From Lama guanicoe (lineage: Eukaryota), in NCBI GenBank assembly GCA_013239625.1, contig MU053810.1:3752071-3816070 (forward strand): a DNA stretch of 64,000 nucleotides, written 5' to 3'. A model generated the notes under the pieces. It had not been told where the DNA came from, made no database searches, and was given only the letters and a program-made list of their open reading frames with translations. How positions within the stretch are numbered: the first letter of the stretch is position 1; each line of letters starts with the position of its first letter. Positions 29,101 through 41,811 of the stretch are shown in pieces. Both the position numbers and the translations under genes were made by a program.

Positions 29101-30171
29101 CAAAACATAATAGGACACCAACTCCTGGGAATAATTCAAGAGAGAACCAAGTTGTATGTGCAGAGATGTTTTTAAAAAGCACTGCTCTTAAGAACCAGAA
29201 ACTGGCTATAACCCAAATGTCCATCAGTTAAGGAATGCTTAAGCAAACCATAAAAGTTGAATTCAACAAACTAGTAGGCATCCGTTAAAAATGATAGACA
29301 GGTAATAGTTCTGTGGTTGAGGCAGCTTCAGTGTGGACAGTGTCACTCACTGGCCCTGTGTCTCTGGGCATATCTTGAACTTCGTAACTTTACATCTGTT
29401 TTGTTTTTTGGTTTTTTATTCTATAAAATAAGAATAATGATAATAGTAGGGTTGTTGTACAGAGTAAATAAAAAAAGGAACTAAAAATGCTTTATTACAA
29501 TATTGGCACTTAGGAAGCACACAATAAACACAGGTTATAATTACATAAATAAATGGAAAGGATAAAAGCGTAGCTACGGTTAACCTGTGTTGTGGACTTG
29601 GAGAAGTCGGGGGCGGGGGGTAGGGGTGAGAAGATGTTGAAAGTGAAGGCGCACTTTTCTCCAGCACTGAGACGTCTGAGATGCACGAGGCATCTGGATT
29701 GACAAAGAGCAGAGTAGGAAGTGTCCCGGAGAAGACAATCTGTTGTCGCAGGAAACATTCTTTCTAGAGATACTCTGCTCGGAAACCATTCTGAGCATAA
29801 GGGTAAACAGTTCAGTCACTGTGGTGGGAGGGGAGACTAGTCTGCAGAGTAGAGTGGGCTGGGAATTCTTTCTATACCAGTTCCTAACAGGTTCTCTTAG
29901 TTTCAGCCAGTATTGAAACGAGGCTGGCTCGTGTGTGACACTTGGCAGTAGAGCAGCTTTGGCCAGAAAGGTTAGCAGAGGCAGAAGGAGGTAACCAGTG
30001 GGGGGGGTCATAGGACCAAGAGTGGGTTTCCTTAAAGGTGGGAAAATTGAAGTCCATCTCCTAGAACATATGCCTAGCGAGAAAGATAGCCTGTGCAAAT
30101 CGCAGCACAGAGAGAGAGAGAGAGGACCCCAGTGGGCTTGGAGGTTCTCAACGCCTAGTCCCTGGTACAGC
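26172..30171. repeat. Near-identical ~1.76-kb duplication either side of the gap (26172-27937 vs 28410-30171); probable unmerged contig overlap
   Basis: Copy 1 ends exactly at the gap start and copy 2 begins exactly at the gap end; only a handful of substitutions/indels and a different (AG)n length. Confidence 0.9.
27938..28409. other. Assembly gap (472 N) in MSRB2 intron 1
   Basis: Run of N. Confidence 1.
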
Positions 30172-30494
30172 CGTGTATCTATCTAATGCCGGAGCAGCTG
30201 CGGGCAGACTTTTTGGTAGTGAAGACAGCGAGTGAATGCGGAGAATGACAGGCAGTTCCAAAAGGGCCAGCTCGAGGTGCAGAGGATGTGGCCTGAGGAC
30301 AGAAAACACCTGCACACACACAAAAGGAGACCAACTCTGAATCCTGCTCTCTCCACGGGGGCCAAGGCTTGTCTCAGCCCTCAGTGGGACCTGCTTGTGT
30401 GTCCTGTGAACATGCACCTGCATTGCTTGCGGTAAAACTGTGCAAAGTTGACCCGTAATGTAATTTCCATTTGAACTTCTGTTGTTCCTAAGTA

Positions 30495-30775
30495 AGTCTG
30501 CTAGGGCTGCCGTGACAAAATACCAGCGGCTGGGGGGCTTAAACAGCGAACATTTATTTTCTCACTGCTCTGGAGGCTGACAGTCCCAGGTCAGAATGTC
30601 GGCAGGCTTGGTTTCTCCTTGGATCGCAGACGGCATTTGCTTTGTCCTCTTACATCCCGGTGTCTCTCTTTTCATGTAAGGACAACAGTCAGATGGGGTT
30701 AGGGCCCATCCTGATGGCATCATAGAAACATAATCACCTCTTTAAAGACACTGTCTCCAAACACCGCCATAGGGA
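30495..30775 (-). mobile_element. MaLR LTR fragment (MLT1A-like)
   Basis: GGGCTGCCGTGACAAAATACC...GGCTTAAACAGCGAACATTTATTTTCTCAC...CTGGAGGCTG is a reversed MLT1 3' end. Confidence 0.75.
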
Positions 30776-31527
30776 TGAGGGCCCCTCCCTGCCACCTCCA
30801 CCCCGGTCAGTCACTCCGGCCTCTGTGCTGTCCATCAAACATGCCGGGTGTGCCCAGCCTGTCGCCCCTCGCCCCGGCAGCGCTCTCCTGGATACTCACA
30901 CGCGGGGTTTGCTCATTTCCTTCAGATCTTTGCTGAAACGTCACCTACTCACGAAGGCCTTCCTTCACGACTCTGTTTTAAATTGTGTGTGTAATATACA
31001 TAAATATCTATACACACACCCCTTCACACTCTCTAATCTTCTTTGTGATTTTGGGGAAAAAATAATCACCTAAAGTTTTATATTCTTTACTTAATTTACT
31101 TTACCTCAACTCCATAAGGGCAGTGATTCTTGTCTGTTTTCTTTACCTCTGTATCCCTAGCATCTAGAAGTGTCTGCAGTATAGTAGATGCTCTGTAGAT
31201 GTGACCAGATGAATGAAGAGATGAATAGTTATTAAATACCAAGGCACTGTAATATTTACCAGGGGTACAGCTACCTCTTTGGCTTCTGTGGCTCAGCGGG
31301 ACTGGAAAACTGGCTCTCTACTTGTTACTCATTTCTTCTTAAACTAATGAGTCAATTAAAGCTTTCTGAACATGAACTTTCTAGTCACTGAGAAGAAAGG
31401 GGTGGGAGGGAGGGGAAGGGGCGGCTTACTCTGCTGGGTGATACTGCACTTGAGGACAGAGGCTAAGGAAGAAGAGGTCATTGTGCCTTTTGGTTTAATT
31501 AACAAAAATTCCTATTTGACATTACAG

Positions 31528-31628
31528 GCTCCCTTACAAAGCGTGGGCCGACTCTCTCCAAGAGCGAGTGGCAGAAGAAGTTGACTCCCGAGCAGTTCCA
31601 CGTCACAAGAGAAAAAGGGACGGAGCCA
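31528..31628 (+). CDS. MSRB2: MSRB2 coding exon 2
   Basis: Acceptor ttgacattacag|, donor |gtaagc; (G)[33 protein letters not shown], the typical MsrB N-terminal motif; 101 nt. Confidence 0.96.
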
Positions 31629-31719
31629 GTAAGCCACCCTGATGTACAGTTTCTGGGTCTATGTGTTGGAGTGGGAAGGACAGACTAGAATCTATCTCAC
31701 TACAAACCCTAACTCGTCA

Positions 31720-32465
31720 TCTGCTCTGCAAATCTGGTCCCCCAGGCTTCCCGCATTTTTCTCTGGGCATCAGTCTCCATCCAGCTGTACAACCAAAAAC
31801 CTTCCTCTGGACAAACTTTCCTCCATCACCTCATCAATTCACTCTGCCTCCTAAACAGCCTTCCCATCCCTCTACGTCTCCCTGCAACCCCCACATCTAC
31901 ACTGGTCCAGGCTCCCACCATCTCTGGCTTGGGTGCAGGAGCTTCCAGCTGGTCTCCTCACAGCTGTTCTTGCCCCTCACTGCGCCGTTCTCTGCACAGC
32001 TGCCAAAGAAACCTTCTGAAATCTCAGATCTGACTACATCACCCTCTGCTCGAAATTCTTCCCTGGCTTCCTACCACTTTCAAGGTAAAGAGAAGAGTTT
32101 AAAACTGGCTAAGAAGGCCCTAAAGGCTCTGGCCCCTACCTCCCACCTGCATCCTCAAATTGGGTCACTTTTCCTCTTGACCTCTGCCCTTGGGCCACAC
32201 TACCCTCCGTTCAGCTCTCAGACACCCTGGGCTCCCCTCTGCCTTAAAGCTCTTTCACCCTGAGTCCTCCCCGGCCCCCAGCCTCACTCAAATCTACCTT
32301 TCGGCTCTCGGCCCCCATCTCACACCCACTGGGAAGCCCTTCTCAACCCCTAACTGGGTTTGCTTTTACTTTCCCTCGTTAGCACTTGCCGTCATCAGTA
32401 CATCCCTGCATAGAGCGTGGTGCCTGGCGATAGTAGGCGCTCAAAAAATAAGTGGTTGTGAATGT
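31720..32465 (+). mobile_element. L2 LINE 3' fragment (another at ~30780-31226)
   Basis: Pyrimidine-rich L2-like body ending GTGCCTGGC.ATAGTAGGCGCTCAAAAAATAAGTGGTTG. Confidence 0.65.
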
Positions 32466-34294
32466 CGAGTGACTACAGGTCAGGAGGTGGACATGTGATT
32501 GAAACTGCATTCAGCAACTCGGCTTTCTTTCATTTCCTGAGAGACCAGCCCTCTGTGGTTCCTCATTATAATCCCATTTTCACAGTGTTGCGTTTCCCAG
32601 CAAGTAGTCTGTCTTAGGCCCAAACATGGCCTGAATTTAGCAGTCCCTGCCAAATTCTGGACGCTGTGCATGTGCTTATGGACTTATAATCATGGTCTCA
32701 CCCTCAACTTCAGCACCGATGCTAAAGCCATTGGACAGGCCAGCAGATCCCAGTCGATTCTCATGAAATACTGGTATTTTTGAAAACTTCCTGAGGGTGG
32801 GATTTTAATAAAGGCTTCAGTGGGCAGGAGACCACATTAGCCATTGCGCAGATAGCACCCGGGAGCCACACGTGGTCCTCTGTGCGGTGGTGTGTATTCC
32901 CAGAGTAGTCTATGCCCGCCCTGTCGGAGGGGCAGGGCCAGGCAGGGTTCGGAGCTGGAGATGGCATCCTGGAGACGTGCCAGATGTTCAGCAGCATAAA
33001 TGTGTCGGAGTCTCAAACAGATGGCATCATATACTCTGTTCGTTTGGCTGTTTTACAAAATGAGCGTCATCCATTATTTTAAGTGATGTTATAAACCCCT
33101 TTCAGCTGATCCGTCTCCACATTGAACTCTTCAGAATGTTGCAGAACTACGGCCTCAGTCAGCTCTGTGGGGCCAAGGAAAAAGAAGTAAGACACCTAAG
33201 CTTTCTCTTTGGTGACTTCAAGTCCAGTTGCACATGGTTTCTTACTGGGCACCAGTAATTTGCTAGCCCTCTGCTAGGTACAGTGAAGGGGTTTACAGCC
33301 TGGTTGAGTGATAACTAAATGTCAAATAGCGATAGAAGGCAGGTTTTGTGCGCATCCTTCTTTTCATTCCAGGTCTGCCACCTGCAGGCTTCACTCTGCT
33401 CTGAGCTCTGGGAAGACTGACCATTCAAGGGGACAGGCCGTAAAAAGACCAGCTCACTACTGTTCGGGTGTCTGCAGCCAGTTTAGGGTTCTTAAAGAGG
33501 GAAAACATCCAGGTGTGCCCTTGGTGGACACAATAGGTCAACTTGAAATTGTCCGTTATGCAGCTCCCTGAAAATGTGCTCTTAATCCTCCAACAGGGAG
33601 TTGGAATGTCTGACCTGTGGATCTGCTGAGGTGGGAGACCCAGAATGGGCTGAGAGGGCCGCTTCCTTCCCGAGTCAGCTCTGGGACTTGGTGACCCATC
33701 CTGTGTCTCAGTTTCTTTTCCATAAGTGGGGACAGTGGTTGTCACCGGACACCGCTGGTGGATCTTCACAGTTGGCTCGTGTGAGAGTTTCTTTTTCTTG
33801 AATTTTCTTTGACAGAGGAGATGACAAAAGGAATTGGACAAAAAATAGTCTTTTTTCCCCCCAATGAGGTCAGTTTACAAACTAACATTTTTTTTTTAAA
33901 TATTAGATTTGGCTCACTCATTGCTTCAAGTCTCCTTGTGTCCCTCTTGGAACCTGCAAACTCTTTAAGCCACAATTAATATAGTAATTTCATCTGAGTA
34001 GTAACTTAGGCACTGGGAGAATCTAGCTCATTATTTGGCATTTATTAAGTATCCTAAACACCACGTGAAGCATACTAAGAGCACAACCCCAATCTCACTG
34101 GGCTTTGGTTTTTAATGTATCTCTATCCTGTCTTTAATGGGAGATTTCACAGTGTTTCAGACAGCAGACTTGATTTCTGTTGTACTAATAACTCTTAAAA
34201 TGGAGACCGAGATCTTACACAGTCCAGAGGCCCATTCTCTTGTTTTTTTCACAGACTTTGATGTTTTATTTTTTTTAAGGTCTTTTGAAAAAAA

Positions 34295-34445
34295 ATTTTT
34301 TTAATTGAAGTACCATCAGTTACAATGTGTCAATTTCTGGTGCACAGCACAGTGTCCTAGTCATGCATATACATACATGTATTCATTTTCATTTTTCTTT
34401 ATTAAAGGCTATTACAAGATATTGAACATAGTTTCCTGTGCTATG
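34295..34445 (-). mobile_element. L1 3' end fragment in MSRB2 intron 2
   Basis: Reverse complement resembles the 3' end of the L1 at 14649-15228. Confidence 0.65.
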
Positions 34446-34720
34446 GATTTGATGTTCTTGGATGAAAGTTGCTATCTAAATACAAAGCATGATTAACGTC
34501 ATAATTTGAATATTTGCTACCATGTAGGCCAGTTCGTAAACAAGCCTGCAGGCTGCTTCCCTGGGCACCTGGTAATGTTCCTTCTGGTAATATTTGCACT
34601 TTGTCAAATTAGTACAAAAATTCCTTTATTTGGGGACTTAATCTTGGATTTAGATCTACTGTATCATGTCCTGCCAGTGTTATGAGAAACCTGAACATGG
34701 TGGATCTAATTTACTTTCAG

Positions 34721-34797
34721 CCTTTCAGTGGAATCTACCTGAATAACAAGGAATCAGGGATGTATCACTGCGTGTGCTGTGACAGCCCACTCTTCAG
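34721..34797 (+). CDS. MSRB2: MSRB2 coding exon 3 (first Zn-binding CxxC)
   Basis: Acceptor ttactttcag|, donor |gtgaga; [25 protein letters not shown](S); 77 nt. Confidence 0.96.
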
Positions 34798-36164
34798 GTG
34801 AGAGAAAGGATCGAGAGGTACTGAAAGAAAATAAACCTCTAACTTCTTACAGCTCTGTCTCTTTGCGGCCTTGGATAAATACATCCCCATGTTTTTAATT
34901 GCCTATCTCATTTGGCCTGGTTGCTATAAAAAAGGGCTATACATATAAAACTCTTGCCTGTCTTGATTATTTCTAGCATTTAGAGCAATTCACAAGACTT
35001 AGCCTATGTTCTTTCTTTCTGTATCTCCAAGAAATAACAAAAAAATAAAAATTGGTGGGCACCTTAGGATAAAGCTATTAGAATTTTTTTCTTGGGGAGG
35101 TATTTAAAGAAATCTGAACCATAATGGCATTTGCCTGGCCATGTGATTAAAACTGTATCTCTCCCAGGAAAAAATGGGTTTATAATTTAATTTAGGAAAT
35201 GTAGAATTTTATGAGGATAGATTCGCCGCAGTGCTTGACAGCAGTGAATACCATGCCCTCTTCTGCATAGCTAAAAGTAAATTTAATTGTCCCTTGATTT
35301 CAAAGCCTCTTTTAAGTCAATCAGGGTCTGAAATCTCTCAACAAAGGCTTTTTTGTTTAGACATGCAGGAAACAGCCTTAAAAAAGTAGATTCGATGAAG
35401 AAAGGAAAACATCTTTGAAGTCCTATTTTTCAGAACTTCAAAGATGTTTTCCTTTCCTCCACATCAACCCTAAATTGGTTTAGAATAAAGTATAAATCAA
35501 GCCAGCTCTGTGAATCTTCCATTAGGCACTGCTTCATTTGGGTTTTGCGCAGACCCGGCTTCCCTGAGCTGCTGGCTGCTAATGTGGGCTGAATCTGGTA
35601 AGCCAGACCCCGCCTGCAAGGACGGTGAACGATTAAGATTGATTTTCCTTCATGCTCACGGAAGGACGGGGCTTTGCCCAGATTCACTTACTCTGTCAGT
35701 GGCTGGTGAGGGGACAGCTAAGGGGGCAGTCAGCCCAAGATGGCCTGGGGAACGCTAGGAGACGTAGGTTAAGTTTGACATCGTAAAGTGAGTGCACATT
35801 TCTGAGCCACTCGTTACTCTCTGACCTTTGGTTCTGTTAGAAGGGGAGAATTGGGATGTTGAGATGGCCAACCTGCTTTTAGCCAAAGAGCCACGTTGTG
35901 AAAGTATAAAGGACGGCCTTGTGACTATGTGGTAACCGGCCAGATGTTCTGTTTCTGTCTTTAGACTGCGAGAGCTAAAAATGCAAGATCGTTCATACAA
36001 GAGTGTGTTCCTGCCTCTTAAGTCTTTGGTATCCCAGTTTCTGCAGCTGTAAAGATGACATTTTCTTCCTACCCCGTTCCAGCCATCCCACCCCTCACCA
36101 AGCACACTCAGTCAGGGAATCACAGAACACTGGGGCAGGGAGGGGCCTGAGAAATCAGAGCAAA

Positions 36165-36367
36165 AAGCTTTGCCCAGTAAAACTTTCTGCAATGATGTTC
36201 TGTATCTACTTCTTCCACTATGGTAGCCACCAGTCACATGTGGCTGTTGAACACTCAAACTGAGGCTGGTGGGACTGAAAAACTGAATTTTTCATTTTAT
36301 TTACGTTTAATTAATTTAAACTTAAAAGGCCACATGTGACCAGTAGCTACTGTATTAACACAATGCT
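36165..36367. mobile_element. hAT-Charlie MITE (MER3-like)
   Basis: Quasi-palindrome GGTAGCCACCAGTCACATGTGGC...GCCACATGTGACCAGTAGCTAC around an AT-rich core. Confidence 0.7.
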
Positions 36368-36624
36368 AGTCCAAATCAGGGAAGTTGAATGACCATCTTC
36401 AGGTCACTGAGGTAGTAAAGTGGCCAAGATTAGCTAGAAAACCAGCCAATTCTCCAAAAGCCCTTTTTACCAAGTGGCCAGTTTACTGACCTGCCAACTT
36501 GCCAGCCTATTTGTTTCCTTTTAATCATTTAGTTTTAGTTGCTGTTTCCAAATAAGAATATATTCATAAGAATCTTTCTATGTTCCAGAATGTACTCTTA
36601 AAGATGCATTTGTTTATAGGAGAA

Positions 36625-36840
36625 ACAGTGTAGTAGAGTGGTTACATCTATAGATGTACATCCTGGCTCCATTGCTGTGTGGCCTTGGGCAAGTTTCTTA
36701 ACCTCTCTGTGCCTCAGTTTCCCCACCTATAAAATGAGGGTGATAGTTGTACTGAATTCATAAAGTTGTTGGAGGATTAAGTGAATTGTGAGTTAATACA
36801 TGTGAAAGCACCAGAGCAATGCCTGACATGTGCCAAGCCC
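36625..36840 (+). mobile_element. MIR SINE (others at ~3430-3640, 4420-4640, 15430-15710, 39590-39750, 49440-49670, 63290-63500)
   Basis: MIR core GGCCTTGGGCAAGTTTCTTAACCTCTCTGTGCCTCAGTTTCCCCACCTATAAAATG. Confidence 0.85.
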
Positions 36841-37619
36841 CCAGTTCACCTTAGCGGTGATATCTTCTTAGAGACAGATCCTTCTTAGGGCTGTATACGT
36901 GAATGTGTCTTTGATAATGAGGAACTCTTGAGAATCTCTTCTAATTAATGAGAATCTATGAATGAAGACTCTATTCCTGATGGTGCTTCCCATTCAGGAG
37001 GATAGACAGCCTTACATATTCTTGTTTGACCTCTCCTTTTCCCTCTCTCTCTGTCCCCAGTCTCCAGCCTCAGTAATGGAGAATAGGGGTAGAGAAGAAA
37101 TAAACATTCCTTCAGATGCTTGTACAGAGTCAAAACAAGGTGACAAGTCAACCGAAATGAAATAGTTAAAGCATCAGGTGGATGAGGGACCACTGCCTCT
37201 TGGCCACTGGGCTCCTTGCTGCCTCACTCTGGACCAGCATGGTGCACGTCCTGGGGGAGCTGCTGACTCCAGTTGAGAGACTATTAATCCAGGGTGTCCA
37301 GGTCAAGAGCCCCCAGGAGATGTTATCACTCCCTTGGGCACTTCATACTGTCGCTTTGTTAACCTTGGAATTATGTGACTTTGCTCCCTTCCCTGCTTCC
37401 TCTATCCGCCTTCCTCCCGCAACCCAAGCACCAACTCTGGAAGCGTTTATTAAATTCTACTGTGGGATCACGTGTTTTGTGGTCATAAATCTTCTTAGAC
37501 TAGAAGGAAACTGAGAGCCTGACGTTAGTTCCTTTTTTACAGAGCATCCTGACATCCACCCTCCATGTCAGTGACCAAGTGACACATTAACATTTTGTGT
37601 GCTTCCGCTCCTTCAAATT

Positions 37620-37752
37620 TTTATTTATTTGGGGGGGGTAGGTAATTAGGTTTATTTATTTATTTTTGGAGGAGGTACTTGGCATTGAACGCAGGACTTC
37701 ATGCATGCTAAGCAGGCACTCTACCACTTGAGCTGTATTATATCGCCCCTCC
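37620..37752 (-). mobile_element. tRNA-derived SINE, camelid Vic-1-like
   Basis: Reverse complement has A-box (AGCTCAAGTGG) and B-box-like (GTTCAATGCC) elements, then AAATAAAT/AAACCTAATTACC and an A-rich tail; perfect 16-bp TSD TCCGCTCCTTCAAATT at 37604-37619 and 37753-37768. Confidence 0.85.
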
Positions 37753-38649
37753 TCCGCTCCTTCAAATTAATGGGAATTCCTCTACCATGTGGGTGGCCAG
37801 TTATCACCAAGTGCCTCTGCCCTTGGTTTGGGGGCCATGGAATTTCCAGAAATGAAGACACAAATAAGGCAAATAAGCAGATAACAAAACTAAACAAAAG
37901 AAACACCTCTTCGAGTATATGAGTGAAGATGACCCAGAATGGTTTCAGTTTTTCAGCGGTGGGCCTTCCAATCTGCCAATCATTTCAGTATATATGTTGG
38001 AATTTCTAATTGGCCTTAATATTGAAGTTTCCACTCTTAAATTAAATATGATGGGCCTCTTATATTACCCAGTAAAATCTCCAGATTCTGTTAATTGCAT
38101 CAGTAAAAGTTGTCTGTTGCCCATAAAATGTTTAAATGACTTTTTATTAGTCTTAGATTGATTCATTTAAAAAATTATTATATTTATAATTCTCCATCAA
38201 CATTCCTTTAATGATCACTAGTTTACATATAATGTTGAGGATGGAAAAGCTATGGTTAAAAGATACTTAAAATGGTTTTCTCTGGACCACAGTGGCCTGG
38301 ATGAATATTTTTGAACCCTTGGGAAAGAAAAGGAGTTGGAAAGAACCCAATATGAATGTGCAGATATTTCACATTGGGCCCAGGTGCTCAAATCTCATGG
38401 GTATATTATTAACAATAGTAATGATATTAAAAATAATTGCTGCTGACTTAGGTACCATGTGCCGGACACTATACTAAAAACACTAAAAATAGAGAGAATC
38501 TCAGTTTATCCTCTCAGCAACCCTGTGAGTTAACAAAGCCATTACCATTCAGAGGCATTATGAGATTAAACACCTTGCCAAAGTCACCTAGACATAATAG
38601 GCCGAGCCTGGATTCACACCCAGGTCTCTCAGAAGTCAACCGCAGAGTT

Positions 38650-39110
38650 CCATCTGTGGTTCTTAAAGAGTTCCTGGGATTTTTTAGGGACTCTTCGAGG
38701 TGCTCCCCCTTCTAAGTGCGTAACCACATTCTCTTCCGACACTTCAGTCAAAATGACACTGCAGCAGCTTGAATGCACAGGCACATATGAAGAGTTGGTT
38801 GTCTTTTTTTAAAGCTAGACATTAAAGAAATCTGCAAAATTATAAAACAATTGTAAATCTTCTCGCTAAAGGTTTGTTTCAGTTTGGAGAATAAATAATC
38901 TGTTGTAAACATAGGTTATTTGTGTTAGCATGTAGTGGATTTATTATTTTTCAAAACAATTTAATGCATACGTGTTTTAAAAACCCTCACTTGTAATTTC
39001 TAACTTGTTGAGTATTGATAGACATTACTCATGTAAACAGAAGCTCTCAGAGATTCTCAATAATTTTTTATTACAGAAGAGTCCTGAGGCCAGGATGTTT
39101 GAGAATTGCC
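38650..39110. mobile_element. Charlie1-like DNA transposon fragment (related piece at ~4085-4335)
   Basis: Both end in CTGAG(A/G)CCA..AT.T.TGAGAA and share AT-rich internal motifs. Confidence 0.5.
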
Positions 39111-40211
39111 GTCTTACACTAGATGATTTCTGCTGAGGTTTCTGCTCTAAACTCAGCTTCCTTCTGTGCACATAGCCTAGGGATTTGATTATTTGCTACT
39201 TTTTCCCTCTCTTGACTCAGTTTTTTGGCTTTTTTGTTTTTTGTGTGTGGTGGTTTTTGTTTTTTTGTTTTTTGTTTTTTGGGTTTTCTTTGCAGAATTT
39301 CAGTTCACTTCCCGTCTGTCTTCCTCCAATAGAGAGAGCCATTTCCCTGCCATTTAAAATTTTTAAATCTGTTTTCCTAGTGCAACTGAAGGGAGCTCAT
39401 CTTTCAGGACACGGAGACAGTGGGTCTTTGATGAGCAGACTTGCTGTTGCCTCCTCCCCCTCTTGCGGCTCCTCTGCTCCCGCCCCCAACCCTGGAACCC
39501 TCAGCATCGTTCATCCCTGTGGGGCTTCCCCAGGAAGGTCTCTGCGCTGCAGGGATGAGTCCGGGTGCCCAGGCTTATTTATTACCACGTGCTCCACGGC
39601 ACAGCTCCTTAAACCCTCAGGACATCTCTGTAACATAGATATTATTATCCCCGAGTTACAGATGAGAAAACTGAGGCTTGGAGAGGTTAAGCAGCTTGTC
39701 CAGTTTCTCACACCCAAGAAGGCAGAGGCAGCTCTTGACTCTCGAAGGCAGGCAGGCTTGTGTTTAGACGACCCGAAGTCCCTACGGCTGGTGACGGCTG
39801 CTTTGTGCATTCTCGTGCTTCTCTGATGTGCAAAACTCACAATTCTCTCCTTCGACCACTGTTATTTCATTTTGATTTCCCCCTTTTCTACATTCAGAAC
39901 GCATGGATTTGACCTATTCCCTGATATGCAACAGTTCACAAAGCTTCTCATGTTTATAGTCCTTGTCAGACATCAAGAGGGGTGCCTTTAGCATCAGAGG
40001 AGCAAGAAACCTGACGTGACGAGACAGCATCTTTAATAGGGGAGATCAGTGGGCAGAATTCCTGGGGAGCCGGCCGTTCACGGAACTGGCCCTGGGATCG
40101 GGCAGAGGAGGAGAGAATTGGCTCCTGCTCGGGAGAAAGATGAGTTGGGGGCAGAAAATGCTCTTTGTACGTTGGTAACAGCAGCTGGAGTGTTGTGAAT
40201 GTCTGGCACAG

Positions 40212-40359
40212 CTCTGAGAAGAAGTACTGCTCGGGCACTGGGTGGCCTTCATTCTCTGAGGCTCACGGGACGTCTGGCTCTGATGAGAGTAACACAGGGA
40301 TCCTGAGACGCGTGGACACCTCGTTGGGACCAGCTCGCATGGAGGTTGTCTGCAAGCAG
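40212..40359 (+). CDS. MSRB2: MSRB2 coding exon 4
   Basis: Acceptor gcacag|, donor CAG|gtgatg; [49 protein letters not shown] with the MsrB GWPSF motif; 148 nt. Confidence 0.96.
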
Positions 40360-41238
40360 GTGATGTCTTTGTTTTGTTGTCCCCAATGCTGCCCCAAGTG
40401 CCACAGAGAGCTCTCTTGTTCTCGCACATCTGCTGTTAACACCCCAGGAGTGCTTCTGTCATGGAAGCACTTTGGGTTTCTCCCATCCTGCCACTCCCTC
40501 TCTCCCATCCTGCCACTCCCCCTCTCCCATCCTCTGAGCACTGCAGGTAACAGAAGGAGCCTTTCCTGGCTCTCACCTCGCAGAGATAGGAGCAGAGCAA
40601 GGCTCTGAAGGAGTCAGTCTTTCATATTCTGCTGAGCAAGGACAGGCAGCATCTGTCCGCCCCCTCCCCACGCTGCAGAGCGTCCCAACAGGCAGAGCAA
40701 TGCGGCAAGTGACATCAGTGCGTTGCTCCTCCCATGAGCCTGGTAGGAGGGAGTGGCTTAAATCCTGGCAGCAGATTCATTTTGATATCCTCAGGTGCTC
40801 AAATGTTCTGATTTTGTAAGACACCAGAGGCAAGCAGATAAACACAGTTTAGTCTTGGCTTCAGTAAACAGCAATAATACCCTGGCTGAAGATTGTTGAC
40901 TTCTTACCCAGGAATGGTGCTTCTTATGCATTACGTCCATTAGTCATCACAACAGCTCTATTATGTAGGTATAATTATCATCCCCATCTTGTAGGTGAGT
41001 AGATCAAGGCCTAAGTTAAATCACTTGCTCACATTCTCAGTGGTTAAGTAGAAAGCTGTTTACCACTACTGTGTTCTGCATCCTTTCATTTCTTAATCAA
41101 ATTCAGATATGATAGACTTTTTCCCCCAACAGTGATGTCAAGGACTGGAGTGGGGCGGCCATGTGGGGTTCATCTGCCTGGTTTTCCATAAAGAGCCTTG
41201 TCCCAGCTCAGAGATGACGGAGTGTTCTCTCCTTACAG

Positions 41239-41343
41239 TGCGAAGCTCACCTTGGCCATGTGTTTCCTGATGGACCTGGGCCTGCTGGCCAGAGGTTTTG
41301 CATCAACAGCGTGGCACTCACGTTCAAACCAAGGAAGCGCTGA
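41239..41343 (+). CDS. MSRB2: MSRB2 coding exon 5 (catalytic Cys, stop)
   Basis: Acceptor ttctctccttacag|; [37 protein letters not shown] with the MsrB HLGHVF and RFCINS motifs. Exons sum to 118+101+77+148+105 = 549 nt = 182 aa + stop, uninterrupted. Confidence 0.97.
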   Translation, partial: CEAHLGHVFPDGPGPAGQRFCINSVALTFKPRKR

Positions 41344-41811
41344 CTGTCTCCAGTAGTCCCCTTCCCTTGCCACGCCCGCATTTGCAAACTCGCTTTGATT
41401 CAGTCAGAGGCTGTGCTAAATTGTACATCCAGAGGCTGGGTTGTACATCTAAGAAAGCTCAGTCTACCTTTGACCTTCCAACATGAAGGTCATCTCCTAA
41501 AACAGTTTGAACTTTTAATCTCTGCTCACAAAACTGATGAAAAGCAGGGCTCTACCTTTCAGAGTCTTTCTACCAGGGTTTTAGCAACCTGCCCCACACA
41601 GATCCCATATTCACCAAATGTGTTAAGAGGGAAACTAGCCATTTATTTAGGGGCCCCAAGTCTCTGTCAAATGTTCCTGCTCATTTCCGTGTCCCCTGAC
41701 GGATGCCCTTTGTGGGTACAAACCCTAAATTCTCAGGCTTTTGGCAGAGTTCAGAATTGGCCAGAGACCCCAGGATAGAAGGGGTCTCTGGGGTTCTCCC
41801 CTCTCTGAAGT

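Noticed and set aside
31661..32263. 200-aa ORF in MSRB2 intron 2
   Set aside because: Overlaps a pyrimidine-rich L2 remnant; no recognisable domain.
39185..39826. 213-aa ORF in MSRB2 intron 3
   Set aside because: Starts in a T-rich simple repeat and runs through a MIR (IIIPELQMRKLRL is the usual MIR translation).
41341..41800. TGA as selenocysteine plus SECIS (as in MSRB1)
   Set aside because: The catalytic residue is TGC (RFCINS), the TGA is at the normal MSRB2 C-terminus, and no SECIS-like structure was seen.
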